From Haplodiscus bocki (Eukaryota), in NCBI GenBank assembly GCA_965655095.1, contig OZ296648.1, positions 163,556,001 to 163,620,000 of the forward strand: a stretch of 64,000 nt of DNA. Reading direction: 5' to 3'. Below the pieces are notes generated by a model, which saw nothing but the letters and a program-made list of their open reading frames with translations, was not told where the DNA came from and did no database searches. This document shows positions 24,163 to 35,445 of this stretch, piece by piece (within the stretch, counting starts at the first letter, position 1; every line of letters starts with the position of its first letter). Position numbers and translations under genes: made by a program.

Positions 24163-24879
24163 TTTGGTAATATGGAGTAGAAAGAACATTTTGATGATGA
24201 ACTGACGAAAAAAAACGACGAAGGCCACGAGAGAAGACAGTTGAAGACTTTTTGGTGCTTAGAACTGGAAACACGTTGTCGTTAAACTTGTGTATCTCAT
24301 TTTAGTTAAATTGATTTGTGTGAAAATCTTGTCTTAATTTATTTTTTTGCTAGATGACGTAACTAATTTTCGTTGATACATGAAAGTTTGGAAGTTTTAA
24401 CAAAATGATAAACTTCAATGTACTTGAAAAAAAATCATCTGTAAAAATTTCAAATTACGCAGATCATATGCGTTTTTTGGGGCCATATGACAGTTTACTC
24501 GTTTTCTCATTGCTATTATCTAATACATTGATACCCTGATAAAAAAATGCGGCGTTTGCGCATTTTGTGATGTTCATATCTCCAAATTTGTTCTCAGGAT
24601 GGTACTGTAAGTTCAAATAAATTGAAATCATTCATCTCAACTTGATTTCACGGTGCATTTCATGAATTTTGGATATTTTCTGCTGAGCAGTGCTGACAAC
24701 AGTTGTATTCCCATGATTTGAGTTAAAGTATGACCAGCTGCTTTCTCACCTTGGCAAAGTTCTACAGTATACAACAAGTCGAGAACAGCCCGTATGGCTC
24801 AAAATACTCAAAGGGCCGAGTTGATTTTGATGTTTGAAAAAATGTATTATGGTATACTTTTTGGTGGTTAATGTAAGAA

Positions 24880-25280
24880 AACATAGTTTATGCTGGGATT
24901 CAAACTCGCTACCTATCGATTCGTTAGATTTTATAAGGGGTATCACATTTCGAAAAAAGGTGGTTTATTTGGTATAGTTTCCGATATAAGGTGTGAAATA
25001 TGTAGCCTATACCGGTGCTCGACCTGTGGCTTCAGAATCCTACCCGCTGGGCCTTAGAAGATGTAGAAATGTAAGCCCTTACCCGGGTTCGAACCCAGGA
25101 CCGGTGGTTTTGGAACCCTTTTGCCCTACTCACTAGGCCATCTAAAATGCAAATAATTCAAAAAGTGGGAGGTATCACGAACTGCCAAAATTTTTTCGGT
25201 TTATGCAGAAAGAGGTAACACGAAAATTTTTCGTGTTCCCTTCGCAAAAATTCCAGTATATATGAAGGGGGTATCACGAG
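24880..25280 (-). repeat. Cluster of tRNA-derived modules upstream of Drosha
   Basis: Minus strand 25140-25075 reads TGGCCTAGTGAGTAGGGCAAAAGGGTTCCAAAACCACCGGTCCTGGGTTCGAACCCGGGTAAGGGCT (A-box and B-box like). Further degenerate modules lie at ~24890 and ~25005. Homologous to 9580-9725. Confidence 0.65.
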
Positions 25281-25591
25281 CTTTTCTTGATTCTATTTGA
25301 TTCTAATACCTCTGAAAGACACGGTACAACTTGTGGCATCAAAAACAACTTGACATAAAAAATGCAACTCTACAAAAATTGGATCGATTCGAAATTAGTC
25401 TGTTGTCTTACGAAGGAAAAAAAGCGCCGAATTTTTTCTAAAGCGCTGACTAAAAAGTTACTGTGATACTCGGGTACATTTTCTTCTAAAAAGAGCCAAC
25501 TAAAAGTTTGGCCATTTGTTCCAACTTTTGTTGGTTTTGGCATGATTGATTGCGGTGCTCTAAATTGTTTCACGTTTTATTTTCAGGTATT

Positions 25592-28500
25592 ATGCCCGAG
25601 AATGATGAGTCGGGGCATGCTTCACCAGTTATTGCAGCAGTAGAAGAGGGTGAATTACAAAGCAGTCATGGCTCTCCGGGCAGCAGCTCCGTATCTTCCA
25701 GGTCGCCTGGGGCAGTGTTTCCAGCCGGGGCTCAAATTGGTGCTGAATCCTCCGCCTCTCCTACTTCTTCCGAAAGCTCCTCCTTGAAAGGTACTCCCAC
25801 TAAAGCCACTTCCAAAAGTGCCAACAACAAAAATAGCAGCAGATTGAATGTACCCAGAAATATTCCTCTCTCCAGAATATCCTCAACTTCATCTTCCAGC
25901 GTGGCTAGCAGCGAAGTGGCAGACGAAGGTAGTGAAGATGCAGCAGAAGATCCGAGATCTTTGAAAGCAGCCTACGCTACTCTTGGGGAACTCGTATTTT
26001 CACGTTGTAGTTATAACGCTTCTTCCAAGAACGCAAGTAATAATCAGAGTCACAAAGATTTCAAAGATCGCGCTGATGAGCTGAGAGAGAAGATCAAACA
26101 GCGAAAGTCGAACAAGGATCGAAACAGTGCGAGGTCAAATAAAGTTGCCTCAACAACTTCTACTGGAGATAGAAATCCTGAATCAAAATTAAACGATGAG
26201 CTAATACATGATTTGGATATGAGCAATTCTGATGGCGAAAGTCAACCAAGAAGAGAGAGATTTAAAGACCCCAGGTTGAAAAAGTCGAAGCAGCGAGTAA
26301 AGTTTGTTGCATCTGAGAATGAAAAAGTGAGTAAAAAGAAAATGAGAAAAGACTCGAAGTTAGCTAAGCTTGACTTGCTCGAAGAGTACGCGCAGATGTT
26401 GAGGGATGCGATCAAAGAAGAAGTGGAATCTGATGAAAACTCGGACAAGGAGCACTCAGCTTCGCGAAAGAGGAAAAGTTCCAAACAGGTTGCTTATGAA
26501 GTTTGCGCCAAACAAGCTGACGATATTACAGAAGTAATCAAAATTGAGCCACTATCATCCGATGAAATGGACGTTGCAGATTCGCCCTCACCCATAAGAG
26601 AAGCTCCTCATCCTGATTCGCCATTAGAAAAGAAGGAAACGTTGCTCCCAAAAGTCAAGGAGGAAGAGATAGTGTACATTAAGACAGAGCCTTCTGATGA
26701 CTACAACAATTTTACGTGTGCTAATGCAAATGATAGTTGCAATCCAACCATTCCAGTAAGTTCCAGCAATAATATTTCCAACAATGTAGTACCCAGCAGT
26801 TCTTTTGCTCCAAACTTCTCTACGAATGCAGTATCATCAACTCTTCCTCAATCAACTCCTTCACATCTCACTCCCCCAACTCTTCCTCTGGTACCTCTGC
26901 CCCTCCCTCCTGTGCCATTCTCAGCCAGACCTCGTCTCTCATTTTGCCCTCATCCTACTTTCGACAGTGCAATGAACTCCGCACAACCTCGGCCTCCGCC
27001 TCCACCGCCCCCTCCGATTCCGTTCCCGACTATGGAAACTCTCTCCAGTAACTTAATTTGCAACTCGTTCAACATGAGAAGTGCTCCTTCAAATGAAACT
27101 TATAACCCCACAGTGTCCGCGCCCACTCGCCTCGCAACCAAGTTCAATAACCTCTCACTCCCCCCGCCTTTCTCACAAACTATCACATCAATTGGGAATA
27201 CCAATCCTCTGCCGGTGTTATCTCAAATCAGCAATTCACTCGTGCCCCCTTTTCCTCCTACTGTTAACCAGAACGGAAGTGTGCCAGCGCCTACATTCCC
27301 CACTACTTTGCCCCACCCAGGGCCTCCGCCATTGTCTCTGCCAAACATTAATTCCCTGCCCAACATTCCACTACCTCCCCTTCCCCTCTCGAACCCCATT
27401 GCAGCTGCTCCCCCATTACAAGTGAACCTCAAACCTGTAGCCCAGGTGAACAGCACCATCGTGTTAGACCCCAACAATCCATCTGCGCCTCTTACTTTCA
27501 ACACAAAGCTGACGTCATACATTCCAGAATCTTCCGTACAGGTCACTCCTACTTTTTCCAATGCCAACTTTTCTTCTACACATTCTACTTGTCAATCTAC
27601 AATCAATTCCTCGCTTTCCAGCTCGGATAGCAAGTTTCCGAGTACCATTACCAACATGAAGTCAGAAAACACTGTCAGGGCCAAACCAGTTGACGTTGCT
27701 TCAAGTTCACTGAATAGAGTAACTAGCATGCTGGACCAATCTGTGAATAGGCTATGCAAAAAACGCCCGAGGTCTCCGTCACCTGTAAAGGTTTCAATCG
27801 ACTTCTCACGCAACATCTCCTTTGAGTCCTTTTTGGGTACTGGGTTGGCTTTGAATCATCGCCCAAGCACTAGCGGAAGTCAAGTCTCGAAAGCTAATTG
27901 GATGTATGATAATGTGAATCAGTTTGACTTTGTTGCTTTCAAAAGTGAAGTGAATCAACATTCTTGGATGCCAGTAAAAGCAACGTCTAAACTGAAGCGA
28001 ATCGAACCTCGTCCTTCACCTTTAATTGTATCAACGCCAGCCTTAGGTTACTACTTGCCTTCTGAATGTGGCTTATCTTTGTTGAACGGCGGGACCACGG
28101 ATCGCATGAAAGAATTGCACAAAGCTTTCCAGGTGTTCATGCAAAGTTTGTCAAGAGACCAATTGTGTCAAATATCTGCCGAACAAGCTAGAGAACTGAA
28201 TTCTGTCATGAATAGTTTGTCTAACATAGTTTTGCGCTTAGGCTCGGATTCTTCAGTCTCGGACCGCAAGAATAGTGGGAATAACAAGAAGACGGCTGAG
28301 GCAATGTTAAAGCAGCTAAGAATCACAGTTACTGGAAGTAACAACGGCGGCAGTCAAAATAATGAAGATGAAATTTGGAAGTCGAATTTAGAGACATTGC
28401 TGTCAACTGAGAATGACAAAACCAAGTCAGCCTCTGAAGAGCTTCCTGGAGAAGTGTATCATAGCAAAACAGCCCGGAGCAAAAAGAAAAGACTGCGAAA

Positions 28501-31500
28501 CGTGAAAAACGGAGATTCGTTGAAGCGAAGCATGAAGAACAAGATCGATACGTATCTAGAGCAGAGTAACATCGATGATGACCTGGTACATGAAAAATTC
28601 AAGTTGGAGTATGTTTCATTGCAGAAAGCGGATGAGTGTAGATTGCATCAGGATATATATCCGAACGAGTCAAATTATCATTGCGATAAACCCGCCTGTA
28701 CATGCTTGGGAGACAATAAAACAACTGGACCTCATCATAATGTTTTCTACAACGAGCCCAAGTATGAACAATGCGACATTGAAACAAACAACTTATCCGT
28801 CCTCTATCATTACTATATCAACATGAAGCCTAACCATCATTTCTTCTTGATAGAACCGTCAAAAATTGAGTACGATGGAAATACGTATCTTTTCAATGGA
28901 TTTTCAATATTTAGTCACGAATGCCTTGATGGCATTCCAGCTGCTTCATACACCAAAGGCCAAACACGGTACACTCTTGAACTGATTCGAGAAAAGCCGC
29001 CCACAAGTTTTTGCGTACAAGACTGTGATCTTCTCACTGATTTCATTTTCGACAACTTGCTCGAATTTTTGGACTTTACATTGCTTGACACCAAACATGC
29101 GGATACCGGGGATGACCCAGGATGTCGCAAGTTTCATTTCTTGCCCAGATTTGAACGACAGCTGCCAGAAGCCGGTATAGAAGTTCTTTCTGCTCATGAA
29201 GTTCTCCGGCATATCATTTCCAGTTTCGCGCCTTTATTTGATCCTGCCAAAACTGCCGATACCAGGTTTCTCGACAGTACGTTGGAGAACCGAGTTGCCA
29301 CAAGTCTGAAAGACCATCTGGTCTACTATCCAGGCAAAAAACCTCTGTGTGTCCGAGTTGACAATTTGAATTTCAAAAGGGGCGGCGAAGCTCCGAAGAT
29401 AACCCACACAAGTCTTCTGCCTTCTTCGCTTTCTTTCTTGGGTGATAAGAAATATCTGAATCTCAAGAAGTTGCACAGCAAAATTCGAGAAACGATGCAT
29501 TTCAGAAACGACCCCAATGATCAGGAATGGTTGCTGGAGTTAGAGAGAATGATGAATGAGCACAAGAAAACAAAACGTGCGACCGTACTTTGTGAGCTAC
29601 CTGGCGAAAATTGCTATTTCTCGGGTCTAAAGTGTGATATAACCCACTGCGCAGTTTTTCTGCCCAGGATTGTCTTTCAACTTCAGCGTCACTTAGCGTT
29701 GCAAAGATTTTGTCACAAATTCAACTACACAATTAGGAACCCGCTGCATTTTGAAGTTGCTTTCACCCACAGCACAGCTCCTGAAAACGTCTTGGACGGT
29801 ACCAACAAGTCACACGTAAGAGCTTCTCGATATAGAGTGGGTAAAAACATGAATGACGTGCCCATTAATGAGAGAAGCGGTGACATGAAGCTAAAGGCTG
29901 CCAAACACAAGCGCAATTTGTTCACCATGATTCAAACTATGCGCAAGCTCCCCATGAACGATGACCAAGTTGTGGATTACCCAACGACAGAAAATTACGA
30001 AAGAATAGAGTTTTTAGGTGACGCGGTTTTAGAGCTCATAGTTACAACTCATTTATTCTTCATGCTTCCAGAAGCCAAAGAAGGCATTTTGTCTTTATTT
30101 CGAATTCCGTTAGTCGCGAATACGCACTTGTCAAAAGTTAGCAAGCGAGTGGGCTTGCATCGACATTTGGTTATATCACACGATGCATATTTCAATCTAC
30201 CAGGACCGCGTGAAAAAATACATGCGGATATTTTGGAAGCGTTCTTGGGTGCCGTTTTCCTTGACTCAGGCCTCGATGAAGCGGACAGATTGTTCGCTTT
30301 GATGTTCTTCCCAAATGCTGCTGAACGAAAACTATGGACTAACCTCAAACCCCACGAGTTTCAGGTAGAATATCCGCAGGGCGATCGCCACCTAATTGAG
30401 AAATGTGCTACATTGCAGAAATTGACGGAACTGGAAAACTTGCTGGGACTTAAATTCAAACATATTTCATTATTGGGTCGAGCTCTAAGTTCAAGTTCTC
30501 TTGCCTACAACTTCCTGAGCCGCACAAATAACGAAAGAATGGAGTATTTGGGTGACACAGTGATGAAATTTCTGGTCACAAATTTCATTTATCGACACTT
30601 TCCAGTATATCATGAGAATCATTTGAGTACTCTGCGTGGAAGTTTGGTCAGCCGGTTTGTGCAAGAAGAAGTTGCAAGAGAATTGCGATTATCCGATTTT
30701 ACTCTGGAAAAATTGTGCGTAGACCTCACACAACAACAGTCAAGCAGTCTGACAACTAAACGAAAGGCTGATTTGTTTGAAGCTTTTCTAGCCGCAGTAT
30801 TCATCGACCAGGGACTGGAAACGTGCCAGAGAATATTCAAAATCTGCATCTTTCCGAAGATCCCCAAGTTGCTGAAATTCCAACGTTGGTTGACTCCGCA
30901 TTTGATGCTGCATTGCTGTTTCTTAGCTATTCGAAGTGTTGCCGATTTTGAAAAATCTTTAGTGCTCATACCTTCGTACCGAGTGTTGAGTCCTCCGGGA
31001 CTCAACGAAGCCAATACAACCATTTTTGATAAATCGAAAGACTACACCGATTCTCAAGCTGGAAGTGAAACGCACACGAACACTCGTAACAAGAACAACT
31101 CATCGGTTTCTTTGAAACGAGTGGGTGTTTTTGTCGGAGGTAAAATGTTCGGTGTTGGTACTGGTAAGTCCCTGAACCAAGCAGCCATTCAAGCATGTCG
31201 AGAAGCTTTGGCATTCTTTCAGAGCAAGCATCCGAACACTTTGGCCACTATGTTAAATAGTCGTGTTGACTCAATCGTGAACAACGTTGAGCAAAGCGGA
31301 ATCTGCGACTACTCAAACAATGGAAGTTCTGATTCCAACATTCCAAGTTGCTCACAAAAATCTGTCAATTCACGGCAGACATCTGCCAATCAGTCAAGCA
31401 ATCAATCCGAGGGCCCTAGTTCTGGCAGCGTTCCGAAAATTTCCGGAAGCACAAGCCAACGAGGAAAGTCCTTTAACAGCAGCATCAATGAGAAAAATGG

Positions 31501-31732
31501 CGAAATTTCGAAAGTCGGTTTTGGAGGAGATAATCTGTATCGTGATAGAAGTGTGAATGACAAGGAGTCTTCAGGTGTGAATTCGACTGGGAACCCCTCT
31601 TATTCCAGTCAATATGCCAACACAAATGAAAATGTTTCTACAAAATCTAGCAGTGGTGCTGCAATAGACTCCCAATCAGCGGAGTTTTCATCGAACAAAC
31701 GAAACTTCTATCAAATTTTCAGTGCCTATTAA
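25592..31732 (+). CDS. DROSHA: Ribonuclease III Drosha (~2046 aa, single uninterrupted ORF)
   Basis: Two RNase III signatures (NYERIEFLGDAVL..ADILEAFLGAVFLD; NNERMEYLGDTVM..ADLFEAFLAAVFID). Drosha-specific central-domain motifs RLHQDIYPNE..PACTC..HH..C..TNN..LYHY, CRKFHFLPRF and GDRHLIE. C-terminal dsRBD (..GVGTGKSLNQAAIQACREAL) and a Pro-rich N-terminal region. No helicase or DUF283 domain, so it is not Dicer. Confidence 0.96.
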   Translation: MPENDESGHASPVIAAVEEGELQSSHGSPGSSSVSSRSPGAVFPAGAQIGAESSASPTSSESSSLKGTPTKATSKSANNKNSSRLNVPRNIPLSRISSTSSSSVASSEVADEGSEDAAEDPRSLKAAYATLGELVFSRCSYNASSKNASNNQSHKDFKDRADELREKIKQRKSNKDRNSARSNKVASTTSTGDRNPESKLNDELIHDLDMSNSDGESQPRRERFKDPRLKKSKQRVKFVASENEKVSKKKMRKDSKLAKLDLLEEYAQMLRDAIKEEVESDENSDKEHSASRKRKSSKQVAYEVCAKQADDITEVIKIEPLSSDEMDVADSPSPIREAPHPDSPLEKKETLLPKVKEEEIVYIKTEPSDDYNNFTCANANDSCNPTIPVSSSNNISNNVVPSSSFAPNFSTNAVSSTLPQSTPSHLTPPTLPLVPLPLPPVPFSARPRLSFCPHPTFDSAMNSAQPRPPPPPPPPIPFPTMETLSSNLICNSFNMRSAPSNETYNPTVSAPTRLATKFNNLSLPPPFSQTITSIGNTNPLPVLSQISNSLVPPFPPTVNQNGSVPAPTFPTTLPHPGPPPLSLPNINSLPNIPLPPLPLSNPIAAAPPLQVNLKPVAQVNSTIVLDPNNPSAPLTFNTKLTSYIPESSVQVTPTFSNANFSSTHSTCQSTINSSLSSSDSKFPSTITNMKSENTVRAKPVDVASSSLNRVTSMLDQSVNRLCKKRPRSPSPVKVSIDFSRNISFESFLGTGLALNHRPSTSGSQVSKANWMYDNVNQFDFVAFKSEVNQHSWMPVKATSKLKRIEPRPSPLIVSTPALGYYLPSECGLSLLNGGTTDRMKELHKAFQVFMQSLSRDQLCQISAEQARELNSVMNSLSNIVLRLGSDSSVSDRKNSGNNKKTAEAMLKQLRITVTGSNNGGSQNNEDEIWKSNLETLLSTENDKTKSASEELPGEVYHSKTARSKKKRLRNVKNGDSLKRSMKNKIDTYLEQSNIDDDLVHEKFKLEYVSLQKADECRLHQDIYPNESNYHCDKPACTCLGDNKTTGPHHNVFYNEPKYEQCDIETNNLSVLYHYYINMKPNHHFFLIEPSKIEYDGNTYLFNGFSIFSHECLDGIPAASYTKGQTRYTLELIREKPPTSFCVQDCDLLTDFIFDNLLEFLDFTLLDTKHADTGDDPGCRKFHFLPRFERQLPEAGIEVLSAHEVLRHIISSFAPLFDPAKTADTRFLDSTLENRVATSLKDHLVYYPGKKPLCVRVDNLNFKRGGEAPKITHTSLLPSSLSFLGDKKYLNLKKLHSKIRETMHFRNDPNDQEWLLELERMMNEHKKTKRATVLCELPGENCYFSGLKCDITHCAVFLPRIVFQLQRHLALQRFCHKFNYTIRNPLHFEVAFTHSTAPENVLDGTNKSHVRASRYRVGKNMNDVPINERSGDMKLKAAKHKRNLFTMIQTMRKLPMNDDQVVDYPTTENYERIEFLGDAVLELIVTTHLFFMLPEAKEGILSLFRIPLVANTHLSKVSKRVGLHRHLVISHDAYFNLPGPREKIHADILEAFLGAVFLDSGLDEADRLFALMFFPNAAERKLWTNLKPHEFQVEYPQGDRHLIEKCATLQKLTELENLLGLKFKHISLLGRALSSSSLAYNFLSRTNNERMEYLGDTVMKFLVTNFIYRHFPVYHENHLSTLRGSLVSRFVQEEVARELRLSDFTLEKLCVDLTQQQSSSLTTKRKADLFEAFLAAVFIDQGLETCQRIFKICIFPKIPKLLKFQRWLTPHLMLHCCFLAIRSVADFEKSLVLIPSYRVLSPPGLNEANTTIFDKSKDYTDSQAGSETHTNTRNKNNSSVSLKRVGVFVGGKMFGVGTGKSLNQAAIQACREALAFFQSKHPNTLATMLNSRVDSIVNNVEQSGICDYSNNGSSDSNIPSCSQKSVNSRQTSANQSSNQSEGPSSGSVPKISGSTSQRGKSFNSSINEKNGEISKVGFGGDNLYRDRSVNDKESSGVNSTGNPSYSSQYANTNENVSTKSSSGAAIDSQSAEFSSNKRNFYQIFSAY

Positions 31733-34700
31733 TCGAATGAATTATGAAGGAATACTTAACTGCTACAAGCAAATGTTATAATATTATTATGCAATGCAAT
31801 AATATTTAACTGCTTCAGGAGCAATATTGATGTTAGCATGCAAAAAACTGCGAAGAATCCTTAAAACATACATTTGTTACTTTCATGTCAAAAAACTACG
31901 AAATTCTTCAGTCACTGAGTTGTTTGCTCTCTGGAAGTACATTTAGATTTCTTGCAGTTTTTGTTTTTCTACGAATACTGTTTTACATGAATGGGTTTCA
32001 ATTCTTAACTGGTCTTTATTAATTAGCAACAGTACGAATATATTATGCCTTTATTGCTTTCCAGGGACGGCACTTTTATGCTCTGCATGTATGCGCTGTA
32101 TTTCTGGTCAAAGTTCTTTATGTAATCAAAATTAACTGGGAAAATTTGGTGATTAATTGATTTTTTTTGGAACCCGCATGATTGACAATCATTTGAAAAT
32201 TTTGTAATGTGGAGAATTGTCTAAGAAATCATCTAGTGAGGAAATTAATTTTCGATTTCTAAGAAAACCTTGGGGCTTGAACGGCTAAAACTATTTCTGA
32301 ATGATTAAAAAACCGAGCTGATTTCCATTTGTGTCTCATAAAGACACACTTAAACTGTATTTGAATTTTCTTGTGTGTTTTCCCGCATTTTGCAGCGCAT
32401 ATTTAGATTTAGTTATATTCGCAAAATTTAGCGCATAATCAAATGCGTAGATATCCGCATTTTCCTGCGCAAAGCTGAACGTTTTTTTCTGTTTAAAAGT
32501 GCGGTCTTTGTTGCTTCATTTAACAGACCTATCAGCTATTTATTTAATTTTGCATTCCTTAAATGTTCTAATTTTAACTAAATGCACATTTCGTTTTGCA
32601 CCCCGAGAAACTTCATCATCATTAATGAGTTTTCTCTGCATGTTTGTTCAGTGTTACTCCGGCGGCGGGGACGGCGTTCAACGCCAAAACTTATCAGACT
32701 AAATTGTCTTGTCATTCATAATTTTTGTTGTGCAATTTCAATCATTTTACCTTCAGCTACAAAAAATCGTTGTCTAAATAAAAAATTGACCTCGCAGATG
32801 ATTGACCGCATTTGGGTCAAAGTTGTTGAAAATTATTTGTTGCTTCACATGCGCCACAAATTACGTCATGGATGAAGATAAGACTACATATAATTTTCAG
32901 CTGATGACTCGGTCAAATCATTGTGGACAACTTTCCCCTCATTGCAATCGGGTGTATTGTTTGTTCAACTTCAGTTCGAACTGTTCCCTCAACCGTTGTT
33001 TTCGGTTGGTATCATGGGTTACGCAATGTGAAGTAAACTAAGATGCTATTGTAGCGTATTTGTTTCGTAGAAAAGCAGCTGTAGATATCGATTACTATGC
33101 AGTACAAATTGTGAGACCTAATTACAAATCGATCTGTGTTCTATGTCGAAATAGTCATCCAAGAGAGTTCATCTTTCTGATATCGTGAAGTGTTTTGTGC
33201 TTCTAGCCTCATTGTTTGTGAAAAATTTATTCGACATCAGATTTTTCAATAGGAAGACAAGACCCTGTTTTCGGTATCGGATGACTGTTTCTTCTTGGTT
33301 CTGGAATACGATATGAACAAATCACGGGAGCTAAAAAGCAGCTATTAAGAATTTTCTAACGATTCAGTTACGTCCAGTCGTTCTTCTAAAAGATATAAAC
33401 ACAAAGTGCTGAAGTTCAGAATATTACTTACGAACATGATCCATTACACTGAACTGACTTGATGAGTATAAAGTTTTTGTGATGTATTTTTCACATGGTT
33501 TTTGAATTTGAGTTGAAGACTTCTGCAGAATCCTCTTACCGTCCGTCGTCAATGACCCGCCTGTGCTGCACCTCTTCTTTCGAATTCGATTTCATCCACT
33601 AATTTACAATCGTTATTTTTGTCTGTCAATCAATTAACCGAACATCCAGTTTTAATTCATTAACTATGTAAATTCATTTCGCTTCAACTCAGCTACTCAC
33701 TCAAATTTATATTCCGTGTTTTGGATTCAAGGGAATGCGGGCATTAAGCAGACAAATGGGCATAAATACAGTGTATTGTACATGACACATGAATACAAGA
33801 AAATTAAATGAATTAATTGGAAAATATACGCGTCCGTACAAGACAATGATTCATTTCTCGTATATACGAAAACATGAAACATAGGTTTGGTAAAAGATGG
33901 ACAAACCTCTTTAGCTCGATATATATCTTTTCTCTTCGGTGAAGTTTTTTTTAATTCAGCTGCACTGAAAACTTTTTGACCAAGAATTTTGAGTTCACAC
34001 TTTTCTATCTCAAAGTTGAGAGTGTCTTGCGGGCACCAACAAAGTGACCGTTGCTGGCTTATTTTTACATGATATATGAAAAGTGCATGAGCAGCAAATG
34101 CATGGATATTTGCTACATGATAAAACTTATACACGTCAACACCCTGATAAAAATAATGAACAGACAGCACGCCGCTGAACTAAAATGAAAACGAATGACT
34201 ACCGACATCTGACCTCTGGGCTGCCAATGAATTGCTATATTCGCACAGTTTATTCTGCTCTTGGTGAGTCAGTATTTGTTTGTCTGCTGAATGCACCCCT
34301 CCCATTTTAACAGCCATATTTCATTTATGCTGCTGATTAATTTGATGATGTTGATATTGGTGCTTCAAGAGAGTACAAACAAGCAATTGCACCGCGCAAT
34401 TTAAATATAACTGTACTACTAACAGTGCAAAAATTGCTTCTTCCCAAAAATTATTATTCATTTCCAGATTTAAAATTAAATGCTTTGAATAGATTGAATA
34501 ATTATTTACTGCTCATTTATTTCATTCAAGTTGAGTTTATCTTCAACGTCGGCCGCTTGCCTTCCCTTCGGCACAGAGGCCGATAATTCTATCACTCAAC
34601 ATTTCTTTTCATTGAAATTTTATCGCCATTCCACTTTTTCCCAACTATTCAGACCTCATGACAAAACTTAGTTTGTTTTGATTTCGGTTGAACCTTCCAA

Positions 34701-35148
34701 GCGTTTGAACAATTTTTTGCAAGCGATGAAATGAGCCTTGATGGGGACGAACCATGAGTCTTCCTTCTGTCAACTCTGGTTGATCAAGTTGAAATCTCAT
34801 CAAACTCGAACCCGAAACTCCTGGATGAAACTGATTTGTGGAAAAGTTTTGCAACGTAATGGTACATGAGGATATGTCAACTAAACGCTCCATATATAGC
34901 TTGTAAACTATGTAAACTAAAACTCATTTTCCCAATCCATTAAAGTCGTTAAAATGATTTGTACTCATTCATGGTTGAAAGTCAAGTTTCAATTTGGAAT
35001 TGAATACATCATTTACTTTAATTGAAGTGATAGGTTAGAAGTTGACCATTGATTCATTGCCAGATAAAGCGCTGATGCCAAAGTTGAAATAGTCAAGTTA
35101 AAATTGCAGAAATGATGTCAAGGGAAGGATGGAGGAAAAAATGAAAGA

Positions 35149-35445
35149 GGACTAGGTAAGTTTGATCAAGGCATCCTATCCAAAGATGCCATTCAGTGTT
35201 AAGGCTATGTCCTAGCAGGAACCTCTATAGACACATTCCTTAAATCCGGTGTACCGATTGCGTGACTTTTAAACTTGAACGGAAGACCTTTCTTGAATTG
35301 CTTTATTTCTCCTTAGTGTATTACAATTTTTATTGTATCTTGTTCTCATTTGTTAGTTCTTCAAGAAATTCTTCGAGTATTTACAACTCATTGGTTTATG
35401 GTCTTTAATATATATGTTTAGTTCAATCCATCTTATCCGGGTTGA
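35149..35445 (-). repeat. 3' LTR, part shared with the 5' LTR; may extend to ~35938
   Basis: GGACTAGGTAAGTTTGA.CAAGGC...CTATCCAAAGATG...AAACTTGAACGGA...TTGTATCTTG...GTATTTACAA.TCATTG matches 48831-49150. A minus-strand CTATAAAGGG near 35810-35819 and TGTTG at ~35938 could be U3 features. Confidence 0.8.

Noticed and set aside
25075-25140. Functional tRNA genes (also 12350-12420, 19377-19446, 55436-55510)
   Set aside because: B-boxes are present, but the acceptor, D and anticodon stems do not pair properly and the modules are embedded in repeats. Treated as tRNA-derived repeats.
25592-31732. Dicer or bacterial RNase III identity
   Set aside because: No helicase or DUF283 domain. Drosha-specific central motifs and the tandem RNase III + single dsRBD architecture are present.
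32000-35100. Short ORFs downstream of Drosha (e.g. 33727-34170, 34645-34893)
   Set aside because: No domain motifs and no consistent exon chain; composition looks non-coding.
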